From Candidatus Campbellbacteria bacterium (GTDB lineage: Bacteria; Patescibacteriota; Minisyncoccia; Phycocordibacterales; EsbW-18), in the NCBI GenBank assembly GCA_016699465.1, contig CP064977.1:619739-683738 (forward strand): DNA of 64,000 nt, in the 5' to 3' direction. The notes under the pieces were generated by a model. The model saw only the letters and a list, made by a program, of their open reading frames with translations. It had not been told where the DNA came from and did not search any database. Positions 47,707 to 56,910 of this stretch are shown piece by piece (position 1 is the first letter of the stretch; each line of letters opens with the position of its first letter). The position numbers and the translations under genes are program-made.

Positions 47707-48117
47707 ATGGAAGAACAAAAACCAAAGGTAGGAGTTGGGGTTATTATCATTAAAGACGGTAAGGTTTTATTAGGTAAACGAAAAGGTTCACATGGAGAAG
47801 GCTTGTGGGCTTTTTCAGGTGGACATCTTGAGTTTGGTGAAGATATTTTTACATGCGCAAAACGTGAAGTTATGGAGGAAACAGGAGTTGAAATTACCAA
47901 TCTTCGCAATGCGACATTTACAAATGATATTTTTGAAAAGGAAGGAAAACATTATGTTACATTGTTTGTAGTTGCAGAGATTCTTTCTGGGGTTGTAGAA
48001 GTGAAAGAGCCAAACAAATGTGAGGGATGGGAGTGGTTTTCATGGGACTCGTTACCTCAACCACTCTTTGTACCTATTCAAAACCTTCTTGTGCAAGACT
48101 TTTCTCCGTTCGAGTAA
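47707..48117 (+). CDS. NUDIX hydrolase
   Basis: GGHLEFGEDIFTCAKREVMEETGVEI is the Nudix box. Confidence 0.8.
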   Translation: MEEQKPKVGVGVIIIKDGKVLLGKRKGSHGEGLWAFSGGHLEFGEDIFTCAKREVMEETGVEITNLRNATFTNDIFEKEGKHYVTLFVVAEILSGVVEVKEPNKCEGWEWFSWDSLPQPLFVPIQNLLVQDFSPFE

Positions 48118-48142
48118 CCCTTTCATGGTATAGTTTTGTGGC

Positions 48143-49675
48143 ATGTGGGATGACTATTTCAAAGGAAAAAAGATTACGTTGATGGGGCTCGGGCTCCTTG
48201 GGCGAGGCATCGGCGATGCTGTTTTTTTGGCGAAGCACGGAGCAGAGCTGTGTGTAACAGATATGAAAACTGCAGAACAGCTTGCGGAGTCAGTTGAAAA
48301 GTTGAAAGAATTTCCAAATGTCTCGTTCACGTTAGGTGAGCACCGTCTCGAAGATTTTCAAAATCGCGACATTATTATTCGTGCCGCAAATGTTCCACTT
48401 GATTCAGTCTTTCTTGCCGAAGCAAAAAAATATAACACGCCTATTGAACAAAGTGTGTCTCTCTTTGTGCGGCTGCTTCGAGAGTATAAAAAAAGTATTG
48501 GAAAAGAACATGAAAAATATCTCGTAGGTGTGACGGGGAGTAAGGGAAAGACAACGACAACACATTTGATTGCAGAAATGTTGGTACGCGCGTTTCCAAA
48601 CAAACGAATTCGTATGGGTGGAAACATCCAAGGTGTTTCGACTCTTTCATATCTAGATGACCTCCAACCAGACGACATTTTTGTGCTTGAGCTCGATTCG
48701 TGGCAACTTGCCAGTTTCGGAGACTCAAAAATGAGTCCGCACGTCTCTGTGTTTACGACGTTTATGCCGGATCACATGGATTATTATTTGAAAGCTACCG
48801 GCGGAAACACTGGGAGCGATACGACTAGTACGAGCGGTGGTGCGCACACTATCAAACAAGCCGACCCCGGTGTCGCCAAAGGCGACTCGGCGTATCGAGG
48901 AGATACCTCAACAGCGCTGGGGGCGCTAGAGAAAGCAATGGATCGGTATTTCAACGACAAAGCAAACATCTTTTGTTTTCAAGGAGAAAGAGATGTGTGT
49001 TTTATTGGAACAAATGTATCTCCGTGGGTTGAAAAACATCATCCTCAGTACACAGCACGTCTAAAACAGGGGGTACATAAAGAATTTCAAGAGAGGTCGC
49101 TGTCTCTCCAGGGAAAACATAATGAAGAAAACATTGCGCTCGCCGCATCCGCGGCTCGCGAATTGGGAGTTGAAGAAAATATAGTTGAAGATGTTGTTGC
49201 GCATTTTGCTGGTGTCGCGGGTCGTTTGCAATTTGTATGTGAAAAAGAAGGTGTGAAGTACTACAACGACACCACCGCAACGATGCCGGAGGCAACGCGA
49301 GCGGCACTGCGTGCCTTGCATACCAATGACCAAGCACCACATTCCAAACAAAAAGAGAGGAATATTATTTTGATTATGGGAGGTATGGATAAACAGCTTC
49401 CGATGGATGCGTTTATCGTCGAATTACCACAACACTGCAAAGCACTTGTTCTTTTAAAAGGTGTTGGTACGACGCGGATTCGCGGTATGATTCACGATGC
49501 AGATTTTGATTCTGTAACAGAGGTCGACAGTATGCAGGAGGCGGTTTCTGTGGCGCGCAGTGTCGCACACAGCGGTGATACAATACTCTTAAGCCCAGCG
49601 TTTTCGTCAAAAGGAATGTTTATCAACGAGTACGATCGCGGGGATCAGTTTATGAAAGCAGTTTCAAATATCTAA
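48143..49675 (+). CDS. murD: UDP-N-acetylmuramoylalanine--D-glutamate ligase MurD (with ~60-aa GC-rich low-complexity insertion)
   Basis: ITLMGLGLLGRGIGDAVFLAKHGAE (Rossmann), GVTGSKGKTTTTHLIAEML (Mur ligase P-loop); insertion around GGNTGSDTTSTSGGAH. Confidence 0.8.
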   Translation: MWDDYFKGKKITLMGLGLLGRGIGDAVFLAKHGAELCVTDMKTAEQLAESVEKLKEFPNVSFTLGEHRLEDFQNRDIIIRAANVPLDSVFLAEAKKYNTPIEQSVSLFVRLLREYKKSIGKEHEKYLVGVTGSKGKTTTTHLIAEMLVRAFPNKRIRMGGNIQGVSTLSYLDDLQPDDIFVLELDSWQLASFGDSKMSPHVSVFTTFMPDHMDYYLKATGGNTGSDTTSTSGGAHTIKQADPGVAKGDSAYRGDTSTALGALEKAMDRYFNDKANIFCFQGERDVCFIGTNVSPWVEKHHPQYTARLKQGVHKEFQERSLSLQGKHNEENIALAASAARELGVEENIVEDVVAHFAGVAGRLQFVCEKEGVKYYNDTTATMPEATRAALRALHTNDQAPHSKQKERNIILIMGGMDKQLPMDAFIVELPQHCKALVLLKGVGTTRIRGMIHDADFDSVTEVDSMQEAVSVARSVAHSGDTILLSPAFSSKGMFINEYDRGDQFMKAVSNI

Positions 49676-49696
49676 CGTGATAAGACGTGACGGTGT

Positions 49697-50185
49697 ATGC
49701 ACAAAAGAAAGCTGACATTCTGGCAAAAAGGTATTCATTTTTTTAATCCAGTGATGTATCCGTTTGTACATCTGTACTGGTTTTTGACACGGCCGCGCTC
49801 TGCAGGGGCAAAGGTTGTTATCACACATGAAGATCACGTGCTCGTTGTTGAACACACGTATGGCTCGGGTTCAAATATGTTTCCAGGTGGAGTGATTGAG
49901 CGTGGTGAAGAACCAGATAGGACTGCATTGAGAGAAGTGGAAGAAGAACTGGGCATTGTACTCGAAGAAGTTATTCCACTAGGCTCTTTTGAGTTTGAGG
50001 GGCATTATAAACAAGATACGATACACGTGTTTCATGGAAGGGTACAAAGTAGAGAGGTGTACCCTGATCCATTTGAAATCAGGAATGTGTTTTGGTTTCC
50101 AGTGCACAGCATGCCACAATTAAGTCGGGCATCAAAAACCATTTTTGATATGTACCAAGATTATGCACAACGTACTCAATCATAA
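49697..50185 (+). CDS. NUDIX hydrolase
   Basis: PGGVIERGEEPDRTALREVEEELGIV is the Nudix box. Confidence 0.75.
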   Translation: MHKRKLTFWQKGIHFFNPVMYPFVHLYWFLTRPRSAGAKVVITHEDHVLVVEHTYGSGSNMFPGGVIERGEEPDRTALREVEEELGIVLEEVIPLGSFEFEGHYKQDTIHVFHGRVQSREVYPDPFEIRNVFWFPVHSMPQLSRASKTIFDMYQDYAQRTQS

Positions 50186-51458
50186 CAACATAAAACACAT
50201 TCACTTCGTCGGCGTTGGAGGTATTGGTGTTTCTGCTATGGCGCGAATGATGAAGTACCACGGTAAACATGTGAGTGGTTCTGATAGAACTATGACACCG
50301 ATTACGCGCGATTTGGAGGGTCTTGGTATACGTGTGCGGCCAGGACATGACGAGCACCATGTGCCTCTATTTGCCGATTTGGTTGTGTACTCACCAGCAA
50401 TAACTCCTGACAATCCAGAACTTGTTCGTGCTCGTGCGCTTTCTATCCCAACACTCTCATACCCGGAGGTACTTGGGGAAATTTCACAGAACGCGTTTAC
50501 GATTGCGGTATCAGGTACACACGGAAAGACGACAACAACCGCAATGATTGCTGACGTGTTGGCAAAGGAGATTTATCCAACAGTGATTGTCGGCTCACTT
50601 CTCAAGGGTGGACGAAGTAATTTTGTTCCAGGACACACAAAACGTTTTCTTGTGGAGGCATGTGAGTACAAACGTTCATTTTTACATCTACATCCAAGTG
50701 TGTTGGTTATTACGAATATTGATGAAGACCATCTCGACTACTACAAAGATTTGAAAGATATTCAGAGTGCATTTCGTGAGTTGGCTCTCAAGGTTCCTGC
50801 GCATGGCGCTATTGTGTGTGACACGAGTGATCCGATTGTACAAGAAACACTCGCAGGTATTTCAGTTCCTATACTCAACTACATGGCGCACTATAATCCA
50901 AACCGAGAACTTTTTGTGTTTGGTGAACACAACACAAAAAACGCCGCTATTGCACATACGGTAGGGGACTTCTTTGAAATTCCAGAAGAAACTATTAATG
51001 AGGCGTTAAAAAACTTTCAAGGAACCTGGCGACGATCTGAGCACAAAGGACGCACCGTGCGGGGGACTGAAGTGTTCGATGACTACGCGCATCATCCGAA
51101 GGAAATCGCTACTACTCTTGCTGGTTTTAAGAAACGTTTTCCTGATAAAAATATTGTTGTGGTATTTCAGCCGCACCTCTACAGCCGAACAAAACTTTTC
51201 TTCAATGACTTTGTAGATAGTTTACAGGGTGCTGACAGAATTCTCCTTGCTCCAATTTACGCTGCACGTGAGGCGCACGATTCTTCAATATCTCACCACA
51301 TGCTTGGTGATGTGTTACGTCAGTATGGAAAGAAAGCGGAATCATACGAATCGCTTGATGCGCTGACGCACGCGTTGTCTCGAAGTGTTGAGCCAGATGA
51401 TGTTGTGGTAACGATGGGGGCAGGAGATATCTACCAAGTTGGCGAGAAATTTTTGTAA
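50163..51458 (+). CDS. murC: UDP-N-acetylmuramate--L-alanine ligase MurC
   Basis: HIHFVGVGGIGVSAMARMM, VSGTHGKTTTTAMIADVL, C-terminal Mur ligase domain; start at ATG 50163. Confidence 0.82.
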   Translation: MHNVLNHNNIKHIHFVGVGGIGVSAMARMMKYHGKHVSGSDRTMTPITRDLEGLGIRVRPGHDEHHVPLFADLVVYSPAITPDNPELVRARALSIPTLSYPEVLGEISQNAFTIAVSGTHGKTTTTAMIADVLAKEIYPTVIVGSLLKGGRSNFVPGHTKRFLVEACEYKRSFLHLHPSVLVITNIDEDHLDYYKDLKDIQSAFRELALKVPAHGAIVCDTSDPIVQETLAGISVPILNYMAHYNPNRELFVFGEHNTKNAAIAHTVGDFFEIPEETINEALKNFQGTWRRSEHKGRTVRGTEVFDDYAHHPKEIATTLAGFKKRFPDKNIVVVFQPHLYSRTKLFFNDFVDSLQGADRILLAPIYAAREAHDSSISHHMLGDVLRQYGKKAESYESLDALTHALSRSVEPDDVVVTMGAGDIYQVGEKFL

Positions 51459-51484
51459 AAAGATATTATTCAAAATACTTGCAT

Positions 51485-51512
51485 ACTCTGTACCGATATA
51501 TCGGTACAGAGT
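51485..51512. repeat. perfect palindrome actcTGTACCGATATATCGGTACAgagt (copy 3 of 3)
   Basis: 28-bp perfect palindrome after murC. Confidence 0.85.
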
Positions 51513-51592
51513 GCGTGCTGTGAATATAAAATTTTTATGCAAACCCGGAAACACTCTTGTAAAACAATCGACCTGGATTTTTCTATAGATAT

Positions 51593-51931
51593 GTGGCATA
51601 TTCTTTCAAGAAAGAAGCCGTTTTCTACACACCAACCAGAGGAGAAAAGGTTGTGATACAAGCAGTGCAGACGCGTCCCGCATTCCCCGCAGTCGGTACA
51701 GTCTTCGAGCCCACCGCGAGCTCGGAGATCACCCCGCTTGGTCTCGTCCTCGACTTTGGATACAACTCCGAGAGCCGGCCTCTGGCTGGAGTTCGTCGAG
51801 GTCGCCGAGTAGCGTTTCGTTTCCAACTCATGCCCCGCCCGTTTTCTGTAACAATACAAAAACGAGGCAGGGCATTCTTGTTTTTAAAAATCGTAAAGGC
51901 GTTGTTTTTAGAGAAGGGAAACCGTGTCTGA
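51593..51931 (+). CDS. hypothetical ORF in short GC-rich island (strand and frame uncertain)
   Basis: ORF 51593..51931 (+) and antisense ORF 51470..51859 (-) are both open. A plus-strand terminator hairpin at 51828-51895 lies inside the 3' end of the + ORF, so neither model is clean. Confidence 0.2.
   Translation: MAYSFKKEAVFYTPTRGEKVVIQAVQTRPAFPAVGTVFEPTASSEITPLGLVLDFGYNSESRPLAGVRRGRRVAFRFQLMPRPFSVTIQKRGRAFLFLKIVKALFLEKGNRV
51828..51895 (+). terminator. extended hairpin plus U-tract
   Basis: atgccccgcccgtttt-ctgtaacaatac-aaaaacgaggcagggcat followed by tcttgttttt. Confidence 0.5.
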
Positions 51932-51970
51932 AATTTAATTTTGAGATATACTGCCTAGTGTAATTGTTAT

Positions 51971-52693
51971 ATGTACACACCTGACGAAAAACAGAATTTG
52001 GAAAATGTGCCACTTGGAACGCTTTTTGTTGTGGGGACACCAATTGGTAATTTGGAAGACGTCACGCTTCGCGCGCTCCGTATTTTGAAAGAAGCGGATG
52101 TTATTTTTTGTGAAGATACACGCGTGACCAAACGATTGTTGGATAAGTATGATATTCACACACGTACATCATCTCTCAATGCGCGAACTGAGCATGCAAA
52201 AATTGGTTCCGTGATGGGGGCGTTGACGGAAGGGAAGAAAGTTGCATTGGTGTCAGATGCGGGCACACCAGGAATTTCTGATCCAGGTTCGCTCGTTGTT
52301 TCAGTGATTCGAGAAAAAATGCCGGACGTGCGCATTGAAGCAATCCCAGGACCCTCGGCGCTGACCACAGCACTTTCAATCGCAGGTGTACCAATTGCTG
52401 ACTTTGTATTCTTGGGATTTTTACCTCACAAGAAAGGACGACAAACACTCTTTAAAGAAATGGAAGAATCGAAACGTGCGACAGTATTCTATGAATCTCC
52501 GCACCGAATTATGAAAACACTCGCAGTGCTTGCGGAATCACTTGATGGCGCGCGCACAATTTCAATTGCGCGTGAACTCACCAAAATTTATGAAGAAATT
52601 GTGCGTGGAAATGCACAAGAAGTGCTGAGTTACTTTGAATCAAACGAAGACAAACAACGAGGTGAGTTTGTAGTAATTGTCTCAGGGAAATAA
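51971..52693 (+). CDS. rsmI: 16S rRNA (cytidine1402-2'-O)-methyltransferase RsmI
   Basis: GTLFVVGTPIGNLEDVTLRALRILKEADVIFCEDTRVTKRLL is the tetrapyrrole-methylase-fold RsmI N-terminus; 240 aa. Confidence 0.85.
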   Translation: MYTPDEKQNLENVPLGTLFVVGTPIGNLEDVTLRALRILKEADVIFCEDTRVTKRLLDKYDIHTRTSSLNARTEHAKIGSVMGALTEGKKVALVSDAGTPGISDPGSLVVSVIREKMPDVRIEAIPGPSALTTALSIAGVPIADFVFLGFLPHKKGRQTLFKEMEESKRATVFYESPHRIMKTLAVLAESLDGARTISIARELTKIYEEIVRGNAQEVLSYFESNEDKQRGEFVVIVSGK

Positions 52694-52709
52694 ATAGGGA
52701 ATAAGGTAA

Positions 52710-52738
52710 GGGCCGCTCGTGGAGAGCGGCCCTGTTCT
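52710..52738 (+). terminator. terminator hairpin after rsmI
   Basis: gggccgctc-gtggaga-gcggccc followed by tgttctg. Confidence 0.55.
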
Positions 52739-53056
52739 GATGTGCTACGGAGAGCGTTCGTGAGACTGAGCCCACGAGCGAGATGCTGGATCACCCCCTT
52801 AGGAAGCGGTACCTTGGCCGAAACGGCTCTTGGTACCGGTGCTGGTCGAACCGTTGACGTTGACCTTCACCGGGCACGCGGCGCTTCCCATCACCCCTCC
52901 TCACCATGAGTATGTGTCCGTTCTAGTACGGAAGTCACACCTCACAGTATCCGTTGTGATACTAGCATAGTATTTTATTTGGATACAGTACTTTGTGGCG
53001 CATGTTTTGTATGTATCCCACATGATTGTATATCCGCATATTTGGTAAGATGCTGA

Positions 53057-53365
53057 GTGCAGGATATATCCCGCACTAATTTTTTGAAGGTTATGCCATC
53101 TACAAAATTTGTTGGTATGGTTACTGCGGGGTATACTCGTATCTATATGACCAGTAAACAAACTATGTTTTGTATAGTTCTCGGCATTGTCCTGATTGTA
53201 AGTCATATCATTGGCATTCCTCTTGCATGGAAAGAATTTGTAAGTGTGTGTGCCGGCATGTTGTTTCTCGGATGGGGATTGTATGAACGATATTACAAAG
53301 AAAGTACACCACCTACATCAGAGAGTGTTTCTTCTGCACGCGATATGCATCCCACACACGTATGA
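53057..53365 (+). CDS. hypothetical small membrane protein
   Basis: Two TM helices; overlaps the next gene start by 4 nt. Confidence 0.4.
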   Translation: MQDISRTNFLKVMPSTKFVGMVTAGYTRIYMTSKQTMFCIVLGIVLIVSHIIGIPLAWKEFVSVCAGMLFLGWGLYERYYKESTPPTSESVSSARDMHPTHV

Positions 53366-54690
53366 GTGTACCTTCTCTGAACAAAACATCTCGTGTTAAA
53401 AAAATATACACACGTACACGGTATGCACTCATTGGGTGTGGTGGTCTCATTGCGGTTTTTTGTTTTGGTTTTTTTATTGCGCCAGCTCTTTTTTCTTCAA
53501 CATACACACGGATGTCAGGAAATACAGAGGTGCTTGCTGAAAAAATAGAAAAAAAGGAAACAACAGATGTGGTGCACATACCAACACCGAGTGCGGTTAA
53601 GGCGATTTACATGTCGCAGTGTGTTGTGGGCACTCCTTCGTTTCGCGATAAACTAGTTGCGCTTATCGATGACACAGAACTTAACAGCGTCATCATCGAT
53701 GTAAAAGATTTTTCTGGAAAAATTGGATTTACAACCGACAATCCCGTTCTCGCTGGCGCAGTATCAGACGCGTGCGGTGCTCGTGATATGAAAGAGTTTA
53801 TCAAAGTGCTCCACAGTAAAAATATTTACACGATTGCGCGTATTACGGTTTTTCAAGATCCATACTATACAAAAGCGCACCCGGAACTTGCGGTGAAAAA
53901 AGCAAGTGATGGCAGTGTGTGGAAAGATAATAAAGGCCTTTCGTTTATTGATGTTGGGGCACAGCCATTTTGGGAATACATTGTGGAGCTTGGGCGTGCG
54001 TCGTATGCGCTTGGGTTTGATGAACTCAACTTTGATTATGTTCGCTACCCCTCCGATGGAAACATGAAAGACATTGCGTTTACGTTTTCAAAAGGAGTTT
54101 CAAAGGCAGATATGCTTGAACGATTTTTTTCGTACCTCTATGAGTCGTTTGATACAGGAGAAACACCGACGTTTGGGTTGCGTCCGTCACGTCGTGATGC
54201 GTTGGATAGTACACGACCCGCGCTGTCTGTTGATTTGTTTGGATACACAACAACAAATACTGACGACCTTGGGATTGGGCAAGTGCTCGAGCGTGCTCTC
54301 CCATACTTTGATTACGTAATGCCGATGGTGTATCCATCTCACTACAACTCTGGATTTATTAATATTCCAAAACCAGCAACGGAGCCATACAAGGTGGTGA
54401 AGTATTCTATGGATGCATCGGTTCGTCGTGCGCGACTCTTGGGTCTTGCTGGTGCGTCGGAAGCAACATCGACCGAGATGGTATTCTTGCGCGGGCAATC
54501 ACAAAAAGGTCACGGTAATATCACCATTCAGCAAATGCGTCCATGGCTACAAGATTTTGATATGGGAGCGACGTATACGCCGGAGATGGTGCGTGCGCAG
54601 ATGCAGGCAACATACGACGCTGGTTTGACCTCGTGGGCGCTGTGGGACGCGGGGAACACGTATACGCGCGGTGCCTTGAATGCACAATAA
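53362..54690 (+). CDS. putative glycoside-hydrolase-like TIM-barrel protein (COG1306/GHL family) with N-terminal membrane anchor
   Basis: N-terminal TM helix then VKAIYMSQCVVGTPS...NSVIIDVKDFSGKIGF...GFDELNFDYVRYPSDG, typical of the putative glycosyl hydrolase DUF4015 family. Confidence 0.55.
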   Translation: MSVPSLNKTSRVKKIYTRTRYALIGCGGLIAVFCFGFFIAPALFSSTYTRMSGNTEVLAEKIEKKETTDVVHIPTPSAVKAIYMSQCVVGTPSFRDKLVALIDDTELNSVIIDVKDFSGKIGFTTDNPVLAGAVSDACGARDMKEFIKVLHSKNIYTIARITVFQDPYYTKAHPELAVKKASDGSVWKDNKGLSFIDVGAQPFWEYIVELGRASYALGFDELNFDYVRYPSDGNMKDIAFTFSKGVSKADMLERFFSYLYESFDTGETPTFGLRPSRRDALDSTRPALSVDLFGYTTTNTDDLGIGQVLERALPYFDYVMPMVYPSHYNSGFINIPKPATEPYKVVKYSMDASVRRARLLGLAGASEATSTEMVFLRGQSQKGHGNITIQQMRPWLQDFDMGATYTPEMVRAQMQATYDAGLTSWALWDAGNTYTRGALNAQ

Positions 54691-55948
54691 GTGTATGTTG
54701 GATAGATTTTCAATTTCAAAATCATTCTGGGCACTCTTTTTATTTGCACTGTTTTTTAAATTTGGCGCAGGATTGCACTACACGCTTCTCTCAACTCTCG
54801 GTGAGCGCGTATTTCCTGTGTGGGTAGCGGGTTGTATTATCAGCGCCGCGTCAGTCCTTCAGATGATTGGTGATGTTCCTGCGGGCATGCTCTTGGATAA
54901 ATATGGGTACACACGAATGCTCAAAATTTTTGTGTGCGTTTTTATTCTTGCTGGAGGAGTACTCTTTTTTGGTTTAACACCAGTGACGTTTATTGGTACC
55001 GTTATTCTCTCGACACTCGGATGGCTCTTTTTTGGTCCTGGGGTGAATGCGTACGTTCTTGCAGAGGCGCCACATCGAAGCGCGGGCAGGGCAATGGGAA
55101 TGTTGCACATGTTTGATAGTACAGGTGTTGTTGGTGCAACAGCACTGCTTGCGTTTGTTATTTCTGCTTCTCCACAATATATAGGATTTGTTATCTCAAT
55201 GCTTCTTTTGTGTGCACTTATGTTTTTGTTGTTTGTTCCAAAAGAATCGGTATCGGTGCATCGTGTAGAAAAAACTCCTCGTCACCAGTACTACATTCGC
55301 CGACATTTTTTGCATACAGTTGTAGGTGCGGTTCGGAAACTGAATCCTGCAAGTATGATACTTGCATTGCAAAGTTTTGCTGCAGCATCGTTTTACGGAA
55401 TGATCTGGTTTGTTGTTCCTCTTGCGATTGCTGGTGGTTTGGCAGGCACGTTGCCAAGTATTGGTTTGGGTGTTTTTGATCTTGCAGTGGTACTGCTCGG
55501 TGCGTTTTTTGGAAAACTTGCAGACACGACGCATAAACCATTTCTTGTTGCGCTTGGATTGTTTCTTTTTGCTGGGGCTGGTTTGTTACTTGGTTTTAAT
55601 CTCAACATACTTTTTCTGTTACTTGGTTTTATTGCGACTGCAGGAGATGAACTTTCTAATGTCTCGCTGTGGGCGTGGCTTGATACACTTGATGCTGACC
55701 ACGCACAAGATGGTCTTGTTAATGGAGTCATTACTTTTTTTGAGGATGTAGGATGGGCTGTTGGTCCGGCAATTGCAGGTGCGTTGTTTACTCGTATTGG
55801 ACCAGGGGGTGTCATTATCGTCGGTGCAAGTATTCTTTGTATCGTTTGGCTTATTGTGTTGGTGGTTCTATTTCAACAGAGAGGACGTACTATTCTTGGA
55901 CACAGGCATGCATTAGGTGCTCCATACCGCTCTCGTCATAAGCGATAG
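54680..55948 (+). CDS. MFS transporter
   Basis: 12 predicted TM helices, GDVPAGMLLDKYGYTRML-like loop motif; 422 aa. Confidence 0.7.
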   Translation: MHNKCMLDRFSISKSFWALFLFALFFKFGAGLHYTLLSTLGERVFPVWVAGCIISAASVLQMIGDVPAGMLLDKYGYTRMLKIFVCVFILAGGVLFFGLTPVTFIGTVILSTLGWLFFGPGVNAYVLAEAPHRSAGRAMGMLHMFDSTGVVGATALLAFVISASPQYIGFVISMLLLCALMFLLFVPKESVSVHRVEKTPRHQYYIRRHFLHTVVGAVRKLNPASMILALQSFAAASFYGMIWFVVPLAIAGGLAGTLPSIGLGVFDLAVVLLGAFFGKLADTTHKPFLVALGLFLFAGAGLLLGFNLNILFLLLGFIATAGDELSNVSLWAWLDTLDADHAQDGLVNGVITFFEDVGWAVGPAIAGALFTRIGPGGVIIVGASILCIVWLIVLVVLFQQRGRTILGHRHALGAPYRSRHKR

Positions 55949-56010
55949 TTCTTGCTATTTCTTCTTTTGGGATGTAGGGTGTCTGTGGATATATACAGAA
56001 AGGAGGTGGC

Positions 56011-56767
56011 GTGAACACTTTCCCCGTCTTTGTTTCGTGCTCAGTTCGCATTACGAGTCACGCAGTGACCCGCTACCTTCATTGGAAGCGGAAGTTGCTT
56101 GGGTGGCCTAGTTCGAAGTCGCTCGCTCGTCAGGAAATCCTCCACGCACTTGGGTTCGCGGTTCCCTGCACGTTAGATAATCTTCTAACGTACCGTCAGA
56201 GTTCCGATAAGTGGGGATTCCCGGTCATTTTTTATCATACGTCTCCGTGGAGATTCGTGATAAAAGATGAAAATCCGTACGAGTGGGTCGTTCTCACCAT
56301 CGAGCCCGATGTGTACCCAAACAACACGGGTCCATGGAAGGGGGTTGAGGGGGTTTCAGAAATTGCCCTCGATCCACCGTTCACCATTGGTGATATTGTG
56401 CGCTACAAGGGGTACAAGACTCAGGCCGATAGACGCCAACAAAGGGAGGAGAAAGGAGATGGTGAACCCATCGTGTTGCTTCTTGGTGGGTCGACTCGAA
56501 GTGGGAGATGTTATCCTTACTTTGACAAGTTACACCAAGGGGAACGTGCGGGTGCGGGTTGTGCGCGGCGGGAGGGCCTTGCAGTGGGTCCACTCACGTG
56601 ACGGTTTTCAGTTCGAGGGGTGGTTTGACGGTATCTCATGTCCCACAGAGTTGGGACGAACACTCAAGGTCGTTGCCAACATGTCTGGTTGTACGGGCGT
56701 CGTTGAGCATTCTCTCGACGAAGAGTTGAAGAGCGGGGGGTGGGTCGCGTTTCGCCTCGTGCAATAG
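56011..56767 (+). pseudogene. hypothetical gene in GC-rich island, apparently frameshifted
   Basis: Protein-like frame from GTG 56011 (RBS aaaggagg) to about 56465, continuing in the +1 frame from about 56475 to 56767. Region 55.95-56.78 kb is GC-rich. Confidence 0.4.
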
Positions 56768-56910
56768 CTGTAGTTGTTCTTGTGGGAAAAAAGTGTGCCG
56801 AGATGTCTGCGAGGACAGCTCGGCGCTTTTTCTTTTCTCCTTTTGTGTTTTATACTACTATTGATAATTTTATATTCTACATTCATTCTTTTGTATTCTA
56901 TTTTTCACAC

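Noticed and set aside
52740-53060. Possible RNase P or SRP RNA in the gene-free region after rsmI (and in 14990-15450)
   Set aside because: I could not find the conserved P4 (GGAAAGUCCGG) or SRP domain IV motifs by eye. Left as an unassigned non-coding region.
56267-56767. Treating ORF 56267..56767 as an independent gene
   Set aside because: Its 5' portion overlaps the better-supported frame from GTG 56011. The protein-like signal switches frame near 56465, so a single frameshifted gene explains both ORFs better.
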